NCBI RefSeq assembly: GCF_001949145.1
Contig: NW_019091361.1
Location: forward strand, 3,706,148 to 3,770,147
Length of the DNA: 64,000 nt
DNA from: Acanthaster planci
Taxonomy: Eukaryota
Direction: 5' to 3'
The translations under genes were made by a program, and so were the position numbers. The notes under the pieces were generated by a model. That model was given only the letters and a program-made list of their open reading frames with translations, ran no database searches and was not told the origin of the DNA. Positions 13,201-25,200 of this stretch are shown in pieces. Within the stretch, counting starts at the first letter, position 1. Each line of letters starts with the position of its first letter.

Positions 13201-16200
13201 TGGTTCAGGACTCTATTGCGGAGCCTCCCTAGCGCTTGACTTGCTTTACTGATGCGGGTGTCTATTTCCTTGTCGAGGGAGCCATCGTCTGACATGGTGC
13301 TGCCTAGATACTTGAAACTCTGGACATTGGAGAGCTGGGTGCCGTCGACGGTGATGGTTGGAGGAGGAGAGTCGTCGTTAGGAGCAGGCCGGTGGAGCAC
13401 TTTGGTCTTGCTGAGACTGATTGTCAGGCCAAACAACTTAGAGGTCTCTGAGAAGCGGTCCAGCATGAGCTGCAGGTCAGAGGCAGTGTGGGCCAACAGT
13501 GCGCAGTCATCGGAAAACAGTGCATCCTGAAAGAGGTCGTAGCGGCACCTGGTTTTGGCAGTGAAGCGACGGAGATTGAAAAGGGAACCATCCAGACGAC
13601 AACGGATGAAGACTCCCTTTTCCAGGTATCGGACGGCATGGGACAGCATTTGGGTAAAAAAGATGTTGAGCAGGACTGGCGCCAGAACGCAGCCCTCTTT
13701 TACACCATTGCTGATTGCAAACTCTTCAGTCACTTTGCCGCTGGTGAGGACTTGACCAGTCATGCCGTCATGGAAGAGCCGTATAATTTTGGTGAACTTC
13801 ATGGGACATCCAACGTGTTCGAGCACGGTCCAGAGGGCTTCTCTGTTGACCGTGTCGAACGCCTTGGTCAGGTCGATGAATACTAAGTAGAGTGGCTTAT
13901 TCTGTTCTAAACACTTTTCTTGCAGTCGTCTCACGGCAAATATCATGTTCACTGTGCTTCTGGCAGGTCTAAAGCCACACTGCGCATCAGGGAGAATTTG
14001 CTCGGAGACGATGACCAGTCTATTGAGGATGGCAATATGCAGAATGTTGTGAAAGGCCTCAAGTACATTGGGACCTGCTGCTTTGTAGATCTCTGCAGGT
14101 ATGTTGTCCTTCCCTGGCGCTCTTCCGGAGCTAGTCTGGTGGATTGCTTTCTTGATCTCGGCCATCGTAGGGGGAGAGTCGAGTTCCTCCATGACAGGCT
14201 TGTTTGGGATCAGGTGGAGCACGTCCTGGTCCACAGATGATGGTCTGTTGAGCAGGGTGCTGAAGTGTTCCTTGCAGCGTTCTTGGAGCCCCGCCTGATC
14301 CTTAATCAGGGTTGTGCCATCTGAGGACAGCAGTGGTGAACAACCCGAGGTCGAAGGGCAGTTCAGTCTGTACCTTCGCCTGGAGGGACTTAAACTTTGC
14401 TCTTTTTGCTATTGAGGTGGAATCGTTTTGCCACTCTGTGAAGGCGCTATTTTTGGCAGAGAGGATGGTTTTGATGTTTTCATCATTCTCATCGAACCAG
14501 TCTTGGTGAGTCCTTATTTTTGGACCAAGCACCTCCTTCGCCGTCTCAGTGATGATGGTCTTGAAGACTGACCATTTCCTGATGCCATCACTGTCAGAGG
14601 GAAGGCCCTCCTGAAGATTTTAGAGTGTTGGAACTTGGTGAAGTTACAGGAGGCTCTGATAGCCTTCGACTTATTTTTGTGTGGCGGTGGGATGTGCAAA
14701 TTCATGATGGCTCTTACCAGTCTGTGGTCCGTCCAGCATTCAGCACCTCTCATGGCACGGGTCACGCGGACGTCCCTGATGTCCCGTTGGCGTACAATCA
14801 CAAAATCTATCATGTGCCAATACTTTGACCTTGGTTGCATCCACGTGGTTTTGTATTTTCTGCCATCCTAAACAAGGTGTTGGTGATGCACAAACCATGT
14901 TCCGCACGTTTGCTGAGGAGGAGCAGACCATTGTCATTGACGTTGCCCACTCCATGGCGCCCGAGGACTCTCTCCCAGCTGCCATAGTCACTGCCCACTC
15001 GCGCATTAACATCCCCAAGAATGATGAGCTTTGTGGCTTTGGGGCTAATTTTGGTTGTCTCGTCGAGGAGCTGGTATAGCACATCTTTGGCGTTATCTGG
15101 ACTTGTGAGTGTGGGTGCGTAGACGGCAATCATAGTAAGATTCCTGTTCTTACTGAGGGGGATGCGAAGTTTAATGAGTCGTTCACTAATCCCAACTGGA
15201 AGTGCAGGAACATTCTTCAAAAGCGTCGACCTTATGGGGAACCTACTCCATGGATCCTGTCTTCAACTTGCGGTTTCCCTTTCCAAAAGAAGGTGTATCC
15301 ACCTACCTCTTCCTTCAGGGATCCCTCGTCAGCAAAGCGAGTCTTGCTGAGTGAAGCGATATCGACACGGTAGCGCTGGAGTTCCCTGGCTACTAGCGCT
15401 GATCTTCTCCCAGGTCTGCTTGTGTTGGCTCGGTTGAGGAGCGTTCTGACATTCCACGCTCCCATGATGAGTTTTCGTTTCATTTTATTTAATATGTTCT
15501 GACCGCTGACAGGATGAGACTGTCAACCGCGGTAAGCTGACCAGACTTTGGGAGGGCAAGGCATTTGTTCGGGGTACCTTTTCTAACCCCCTCCGTCATG
15601 CGAGGGTGGGCAGTACTACCCTAAAAAGGCTGCCCAGTCGCCCACAGTGCTGCTGAGCTCTCTTGGTTGCCCTCAAAGTTCAGGAGAAGAGCGACCACTC
15701 TCCATGGGCCGCCTGCGTGCGGGTTTGTGACGAGCAACTGCCAGTACTCACCAAACATCAGTTGCCTTCGCCAGTCGCCCATCGCCGCAGGACTTTGGAA
15801 GGGACGACGATCGATCAATCATATCAATCAATGAGTTGCATAACTGACCTGTGCGTGAATGTTTATAGTGGGAGAATTGTTGCACGGGGGTAATCCCACT
15901 CTCTCGGCCTGGTAAGCCTTAATCCAATGGCACGAGGAACCGTTACGATTGGAGACTGCCAGGCTGCAGTGGATGACCAGGACTCACTATGTGTCATATA
16001 TGGAGCGTCAAAAGTGGACAACCCCATTTTCTCATTTTCTGCTAGTAGATTTTCGGGATTTTGAACTTTGCGTATAGCATTTTCAAAAAGCACAATTTTC
16101 CACTAGCAAAAATTTGGATTTTACTTTAATCAACTCTCGTGGCGCGTCAAAAGTGGACAACTAAAAACCTTCAAATTCACACTAACAAATTTTATTTGAT

Positions 16201-19200
16201 GCTCCAAAAGAAGAAAACCCCATTTTCTCATTTTCTGCTGGTAGATTTTCGGGTTTTTGAAGTTGCACCACCCCTTTTCATAAAACCCAATTTTCTGCTA
16301 GCAGAAATTGGGATTTTACTTTGACGACGACGGGGTGGTCCAAAAGTGGACAAGTTGAAAACTGAAACGACCTCAGTGCCCCCTACGCTCAGAATGGAAC
16401 GGTCTTGGAAGATGGGCAGTCTACATTAACGGTAGAGGGTCAATGGTCCAACGAATGACGTCGCAGTTCGGACAAAAATGTGGAAGATTCCCATTGAGAA
16501 ACTTGCAAATACAAAAGGGGCCGTCCAAAGCCTGACAGCCTCTATGATATACTGCAAACTTACGACTTCCCAGCGCACCGTGTAATTAGAATGACGATGG
16601 CGGCTTGCCGTCAGGAATTTCCATTTTAAATAAATGAGCGCATGGTGATGTGTCCCCTAAACGATGGTAGCTGTAAGAAACCAGTGTATCCATGTCCAGT
16701 AGTATAATGAAATTTGTTGTGGAACGATAAAAGGTTGGAATTGAAAAAGTCATGTCAAGAGAAGAAGCTAAGTGCTGTTTAATCAAGTGAACCAAGATTT
16801 TCAAAAAGGGGAAAATAGAGAAAGTAAAATTGGAAACAATAAAATGGAACTTGAACTTGCTGAATTAATTTTGACATCCTACAAATTCCAAAACACGTAT
16901 TCAGCCGATAATTCCAATCACAAAAAGGATAGCCACGACGGAAACAAATCCTTCAGCCAGTACACCAGTCGGTCACTGATATGACACCAAAGATTTAATT
17001 TAATATTTATCGTTCAAATCTTTGTTCCAGTCATCAAATACAAGTGGGCAGTTATAGTAGAGGCCTGGGTCATTAATATGAAGAGATATTAACGCAATGA
17101 AAACACAATGGATGGTGGATTGTATAACATATCTCCTATCTGAAGATTTTGTTTTGTAGGAATAATTAAAAATGTAATTGGTTAACCCACAAAAAATTGA
17201 AAAGAAATTGAAAGATGAGTGACCAGACAAGAATTTCATTTGCGTTCAGAAATCTCAGGGATGTTGGGGTGCACGTTATTGGGCCATGAACATTGCTGAT
17301 TTTACACTGTTTTCAATGGGGCTTGAATTAGTGGACTGTACCCTATATATGTCTGTTGCCAATAGACCTTTATCACCCACGTGACTGGATTGCACTGAAT
17401 GTAAACAATACCACCACGTGTGGACCGTAGCGGCCACGGTGATCGCTTATATTCCTACGGGCAATTTCTACCACCTGCAAGCGCACTTGCGAACGCTGCA
17501 TGGTTGACAAATTTCTCTTGAATAAGTAGCTTACCATCACAACACATCGCGGTCCAGCACGATTGTGACATCGCAGGAAAATGGTCTATACTAGACTTTC
17601 TGACTGGATAAATCGCCCTCAAACCACGAAAAAACAACCCCAAAACAGAATTTTGGGAAACTATAAGCCGAGCGTTCCTTTATTTTATGTTGAATTGCAT
17701 GTTGAAATGCTTAATTGTTTTAATGGTTGAATTACTGTCAGATTACACAAATAAAGTCTGGTATTTCACATTTGCAAAACACCCACGAACTGGCGTAATG
17801 CGACCCACTGTCTAGTGCCTGACTTTGTTTTGTGTGTGGGTGTGTGTGTGTGTGTTTTTGCTCAACGCTCATTCCAGTACAAAACAGAGTAACCAATCTC
17901 TATGTTTAATCAGAATTGTAATGTGAACAATATGCAGCGTCACAATAAATAATCACAATGGAGCATGGGAGTTGTAATAATCATCAACGTTCGTTTGATG
18001 TTGATGATTCTTAAGTGTGTCACAGGTTTTCACTCTTGCTACAGTACGAATTATTACATCCATTTGGCCTCATGTTGCAATGTCGAGACAGGATAGGAGA
18101 CAGGACGAACGTTATCACCCGGGGGAATACTGAAATTTGAAAATAAAGTTACCCCTGAGGACGAGGTTGAATCGGGAACGTTAAAAATATTTCATTCGTC
18201 TGTTTATTTAATTACTGATTTCTTACCTCAAGGGATATCCTTAAACGTGGAGGTAGTGCTGTTGATGCGTCCATAACCAGCCTCCTCTGTGTGGGTGTGG
18301 TAAACGCTCACACCTCCGGTCTTGGAGGGGGCATGTTTATGCTCATATATCACAAGAGTACAGGCAAGGCAGATGCTCTGATGGCTCGGGAGAGGGCGCC
18401 TGCAGCAGCTACAGTAAATATGACAAAGGTGGATCGATATCTAGGTGAGTGCATAAGTGTCTTTTTTTCTAAACTTTGCAGTTGCGCTTAGTTTCCCCTT
18501 TAACTTTTGAAATCCGCTGATGGAGAGTCCCTGTGACATTTAATACGTAACAAGCAAGGGCGTGCACATAGATTGTCCGGCGTGTGCACGAATAGACGAC
18601 GCAGAACACTTGCTTTTAAGATCCAGCTTTTATTAATTGGCCTTCTAGGTACTCAAAAGTGAGGACAACATCCACCAAAAAAAGAGGGACTTCTTCCGAG
18701 ACAGTGAGGAATTCCAAGACAAATAATAAGCCCCTGGAGAGACAGAGAGATATGTGTGTTGTTTTTCAATTATGATAAACGTATTCACACGCAACAGCTA
18801 GGCAGCCCTTCAAATTAATCAGCACACCAGATGTTGGCAGTGCAGGTTTACACCCCAAACAAAATGAGCTATTACTTTGAACGTGACCTGCCAAAGCTAT
18901 ACATATGTCCAAGTGATACAACAGAAAAACACACCATGTACTTAATACATTAACGATTCGTAGCCTTCATGGATTAGTAATTTTAAACGTTCGCGAAAGT
19001 ATAATTGTATGAGCTGTGCTACAACGAGCATTGCCATTGCGACTGTAGCGGAAACCACACCATCGTGCTAATGAAAACAGTGAAGGTTACTCATGCACCA
19101 GGAACTAATGCAGTGTGTGTACTCACCTGCAACGCACATCGCATACTGTGAAAAATGGAGCTCGGTGAGCCGCAAAGATAACTGCTGGTCATAAAAGCTC

Positions 19201-22200
19201 AGGCGAGATAAGTCAGAGCAATACCACTCGTCAGTTGCTAACCATCTGAACTGGTATCTTCTCCCCCAGGCCTTGCAGGGGTGCTCTACGAAGAGAAAAC
19301 ACTTGCTGCTCATGAAACATATTTTTAGTGCACACAAAGCGTGCTTACAGGGAAAGTAGCGAATGTGATTGCACGGTCCAAGCTCATCACAGATTTTCCA
19401 CAGTACCAATGCCCTCACCACTGAACTACTATAAGGATGATGCGCACCCCAAAATCGGTGTCCACAACCTATTACTAATCACCAAGTAACTAAATAATAA
19501 ATTTATTTCAGTTTACTCTAACTGAACAGGAAATTATATGATTATCCTAATCATGGACTACATTTTGTTTACGCGGATGCTTACGGCTGTGGTGAGACCA
19601 GTCACCAATTCCTCAAATTAATGCTCTATTAGAGTAAAATTTAAAAAATTATAGTGATTCGTGCTTAATTTTTTTTAATATGTAAGTTCAATTAAGAACG
19701 ATTCATCGGTGTTCTCTTCAGTGCAATAAAATTTGGATTGTACATGTTTAGTTTTGGGTACCAGGAGAAAGTTACCTTTTGGTTGGGGCTCTTAAGTCGT
19801 TTTGCTCTCCGCAAACATTTGCCCTCGTGACATCCCTGGAACGTTAGAACTTTCATGGGCCTCAAAATTTCTGTGAAATTAAATAAAATCTTCTTGAATT
19901 GAAACCGCTTTACCCGTAAATCATGCGCAATAATTTTGTAATGCAAGTGCCACCCGCGTGTGAGAAGTTTTGTCGAGATATTATTGCTGCGATGCTGACG
20001 CTGGCCGAAACTAGTGAACAGGTACAATCATTTATCCTCGCATGATCGACGTTGCCGGCTGCGGACGCCGTGACGGATTCGCAATGACTTGAAATTCCCG
20101 TAGTGACATTTTTTAGAGTCTTAAAAAGAATGCTATGATAGGTGGCATGCTCAGGAAAACTGGAGAACATTTCATATTTTATTGTCCCTTTCTACCGACA
20201 ATGGCATAACTCTCGAAATCAGACAGAATTGCAAATTCAATTTTAGGTTACATGAAACGACAGGTAAATTATTCATATATTCATCTAGCAGAGCTAGAAC
20301 CAGCGTTGGATCACTGATCGTGATCGGGATCCGCGTAAAACAAACAGGCTTATCCACTTACGCGTGAGATGCTTTTTGAGCAATATCCCATGTATCCAAA
20401 ACGGTCCACGAGCATGAGATTCGCCAGTAGTCTTACACTAGAAACTATAAGTTAAAATTGAGATGGATGATGACTAGGAAGGGTGCGTTCCATTAGCTTC
20501 CTCGCGTAAACAGCGGATTTACAAACGTAGTAGCCACGAAGCGAGTCATCACGAACGTCACCCTCATGTTTTCGGCTGTTAGGTTTGTAGAAAATGTGAC
20601 ATCAGAGGCTGTTTGGCCTTTTTTCTTTTAAATCCTCTTTGTAAATACAAACATGCAGGCCAAGAGGATGATACTGGACCCTTTCTCCATGACTGGACCG
20701 TCCAAAAAGTCTGCATCAGGCCTCTTGTATTATGTCTTCGTTAGTCAGTTGGATTTGTTAAGAACAAGTTCCATTCCTGTTTAATGCATTTTCATCATTC
20801 ATATTTTGCATTGTTATGTTCCATTTTTGGCGCTGCAAAAATTTAGACCCGTTTATATTTTCAGTCATTATTTTCCTTCATCAAAGTTTCATTTCGCCTC
20901 ATTTGCGTCGCCATTTTCATGCCATTAAAATTCCGTTCCCGCTGCAATCTGTCTACCCTGAGCAGAAGCACCCCCTCATCAGTTGAAAAGGGCCATATGT
21001 TGGTCGGCAGCGTTCATGTTGTTGGTAGCAATGCAACCGTAAGGCGAACATTTTACGGTCATTTGTGAACCAGCGAAGTGCAGTTCCGACCAAAGGAGCC
21101 CCCGGTTGCTAGGAAAACTAAACTGCGCCCTCTCTTGATCCAGCTTGGGGCTCATACCAGCGCACCCCCCGGCCGGGTTTACGCTACCGGTGGTGGTGAA
21201 GTGGTGAGGCTTTCTGTAGACTTGAGAGAATCTTTATGATTTGCACGATTGTGGTTACATTGTCCATGTATGGTGGGGGTATTGTCGGTTGTGAGTTGCA
21301 CGATCGTGGTTAAAAGTCTGGCTGAGTTGAAGTGGTGGGAGAGGGGACGAGAAATGGACCGAAAGGCGTAGGCCTATCATGGTTTATCATAGTTTGGTTG
21401 AGGTTTGCCGAACCGTTATTTTAGACACATGAATTGATGTCGTAAGCTTTTAAATATGGATGGGTGTATTTCAACCCAGTGCCCCCGACTGCATAAAATT
21501 CTGTGGATTCATGTTACCACACTAAGAGCCTAGAGGGCCAATCAGCAACGGAACATTCTACGTGCGAAATAAAAGGCCCGTTGGTGCAATTTGGAACACA
21601 TCGGGCATCGCTGCCATATCATTGAAGCGACTTATACCACAGTGAGCTGAGGAAAGCTTCTGAAAACCATCAAACGGAAAAAGGATTATTTAACCCTTTG
21701 TAGCATGCAAGGTTTCATTTACGATTCAAAACTGTAAAAGGCTGGCTATTCCAAAACTTTCGACACGCTTGCAGATACAGCTGTGCCAGGTGAGTTAAGC
21801 GGTATGTGGGAAGCGCACCAGCGTTACGGCTGCCTACCGTGGAGAGAACTGTTTCAGCCCGTGATCCAGCTAGCAGAGGAGGGGTTCCCGGTCACCGAAC
21901 ATATAACAAGGGGATTCCGGTTCATTGACAAGAACAAGTACATTCCCGACTTGGCACGATATCCACATTACAAAGGGCTCATGTAAGTTTCTACAGTTTT
22001 AAATACAATGAATAACAGTCGATACCACAAAGGATGTTTTATAATGGCAAATGGAAAATTGAAAATACTTTTTTATTTAGTTTAGAGCAGCAAACGCCGA
22101 AAAAGACTGGGAGAGGACTGCTCATAATTTTGTTTCACAATCGTGAGTTTCTTGATCTTTTACGTGCAACTATTAGCGAAGGGGCTCTCAAAATAGTCGA

Positions 22201-25200
22201 ATAAATCTTTGCAACGCCTGCAGGTCCACGGGATCTTACAAGATCTTTATAATGGATACTTATAATTGATCTTTATAATGTAATTAAACAACTTTAAGAA
22301 TCAACAGTTTTGTGTTTTTCGACGATCATCTAAATGGAAAACATTATGAAAAACTCACTGCAAACTTATGAGTGATTCAAAAAATACCAATGAACATCGT
22401 TTGTATAGGTAACAAATTTGCGTTGTAATGCTAAGGGCCAGGTACTTGGATCCGGCAACCGCCCTTTGGAAAGTGGAGGGGGACATCGCTTATGCCCCGA
22501 GGTTAGCCCGAACGTTACGGGCTATTGCTATGAACGGAGCCAGCGAACTCTACTCCGGGGAAACCAGCCGCCTGCTTTTCCAGGATGTACAGGAGAGAGG
22601 TATGTCTGTATTTGGTGCGCTAATATCGTATGGTCTGCTTTAGTCGAACATATGTGCTTACTAAGTGCACTGCAGAAAACGCTGCGTCTACAGTTAACGT
22701 ATTTCAAGGATTCACAAGGAGCAGAGAGTTAATTTGTGCAAGCGTCCAGGTCGTATCCAAGAATTATACTGGGGTTATCGGGTGAAACCCACATTTCCGA
22801 AGCCCATGCTTCGTTGAAGAGTGTAACAGGGCCATACGAATTAATCTTATTGCGATTAATTAATTTTTCGGACGGATTAAAATGTGTACATATTGTATTT
22901 CTCACACTTAAGCGAGGTAAAACTGCCACATTGATCGTTCCGGATGACTCAGACAGAAACAACAAGCTTCGATGGCCTCTAAGCAATATTATAGCGGGAC
23001 TCCATCCCACCCATCATTACATCACGAATCATATCAACCATCGGACCAAATTGGCAATTGTAAAAGTGTTCAAAAATAGCCCTGGGGAGTGTATTCTAAA
23101 TACTCAGTGATGTGTGATTCATTTTGAAGGTGGGTTTTTGACAGCAGCTGATTTAGAAAGCTACAGCGCAGAATGGAGGGAGGCACCGGCTGTGTCTATC
23201 GGCCGGGGGATGACTGTACTATCAACTCCGTCACCATCCAGTGGGCCCCTGGTGCAATTCATTCTTAGCATTGTAAAACGTGAGTCTTCACCATTTTGGG
23301 ATGTATTTTTTCATGCCCAGTAGCCTCTATGCCTTGAAATAAAAAAAAGCAAAGACTGACTTTTCTGATTGTTAATCCTTTGAAGACGCACTCTACCTCC
23401 ACAAGATGCATGAGAGTGTTCTGGTCTAAAATGGAGGGAAGTAGGTGTCCTTTTTTTATTACGACAGATCGTAATATGTCCTCGGCTGATTTTGAGTCTG
23501 CCCCCGACAAGGCAAAGGTGTATCACTGGTTCGTCGAAGCCTCAAAGTTTGCTTTCGCCTTGAAGCCGTACTTAGGAGACGTCGAAACTCTGGAACTTCA
23601 AAAGGTACAGCTTGGAATAAGCCATGGTAATTTAAAAAAAAATCTTTTATAAGACTGAGGTCCCTTAGCATAAGTTCTCTCTAAGGAAGGGTGTGTCCGG
23701 CCCAGTGTCGGCTTCGCCTAGTATGTTCTCGAAGCATCATGTAACAAAGGCAATGAAAAGCAAACAACAAGAATTTCTCGCTATCGTGCACCCATGAAAT
23801 TATAGGTCTTGGAAAAGCTTCAATCGGACGAGCACGCCCGGAGCATCTTCTCACGGATCCAGGAGGACGGAGTGACCTTCACCAACGCCTCTGACTACGG
23901 AGAGCTCGGCAGTAATGGCGTCCAAGAAGGTGGCTCCACCTCTCACATTAGTGTCGTGGACCAGTTTGGAAATGCCGTGTCTGCTACGAGTTCCATTAAC
24001 AAGTAGTAAGAAGTTGAATATATATTTTATATAACGGGTTTTGCCCTTACCCAACGTATATATTGATAAACATTGTATGCTCAGTGCCTGTCCGAGAGCT
24101 TGCGAAAAAAGTCACAAGCTTGCTCGGGGAGATGTTAATTTACATCTTTTCATCAAAACCCGTTATATAAATTAACATCTCCCCAACGCAAAAATACATC
24201 TTGAAAATAGTTCGCGGTACCCGCTGCTTTACCTGACTCGGACCGGCCAGCCGACCCCGGCAAGCTCGGTGGTCGAGTGGTTAAGACGTCTTCACTAGTA
24301 AGCAGGAGGTCGTGGGTTCGAGTTCCACCCGAGTAAGCTTGTGACTTTTTTCGCAAGCTCTCGGACAAGCTCTGAGCATACGGTGTTCATTAANNNNNNN
24401 NNNNNNNNNNNNNNNNNNNNNNNNNNNNNNNNNNNNNNNNNNNNNNNNNNNNNNNNNNNNNNNNNNNNNNNNNNNNNNNNNNNNNNNNNNNNNNNNNNNN
24501 NNNNNNNNNNNNNNNNNNNNNNNNNNNNNNNNNNNNNNNNNNNNNNNNNNNNNNNNNNNNNNNNNNNNNNNNNNNNNNNNNNNNNNNNNNNNNNNNNNNN
24601 NNNNNNNNNNNNNNNNNNNNNNNNNNNNNNNNNNNNNNNNNNNNNNNNNNNNNNNNNNNNNNNNNNNNNNNNNNNNNNNNNNNNNNNNNNNNNNNNNNNN
24701 NNNNNNNNNNNNNNNNNNNNNNNNNNNNNNNNNNNNNNNNNNNNNNNNNNNNNNNNNNNNNNNNNNNNNNNNNNNNNNNNNNNNNNNNNNNNNNNNNNNN
24801 NNNNNNNNNNNNNNNNNNNNNNNNNNNNNNNNNNNNNNNNNNNNNNNNNNNNNNNNNNNNNNNNNNNNNNNNNNNNNNNNNNNNNNNNNNNNNNNNNNNN
24901 NNNNNNNNNNNNNNNNNNNNNNNNNNNNNNNNNNNNNNNNNNNNNNNNNNNNNNNNNNNNNNNNNNNNNNNNNNNNNNNNNNNNNNNNNNNNNGTTGAAT
25001 ATAGTTTTCAGAGTTTTTTGCGCCTGGATTGTGAACTTCAATCCGGATGCAGCTTCGATCGAAACCTTGGAAAATTAATTTGTCTGATAGTTTCCTAAGT
25101 TCCAGAGACCAGCCAGTACACAGTGTAACTTGCACTTAAAATGAGAAAAGGAAATGTGTAAATGTGCGTAACACATCCATGGTATAGCTTACAATACCCG

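Noticed and set aside
12873..14234. 453-aa RT ORF as an active or domesticated gene
   Set aside because: Flanking frames are frameshifted and a conserved block is deleted; this is a decayed LINE copy.
24255..24335. tRNA-like sequence with A and B boxes
   Set aside because: It is embedded in a dispersed repeat with a shared tail and several decayed copies, and I could not verify a canonical cloverleaf; treated as SINE-like, not a tRNA gene.
24281..25135. Long ORFs of 245-284 aa in the ORF track
   Set aside because: Artefacts of translating through the N gap; the same applies near 11900-12050 and 33870-34060.
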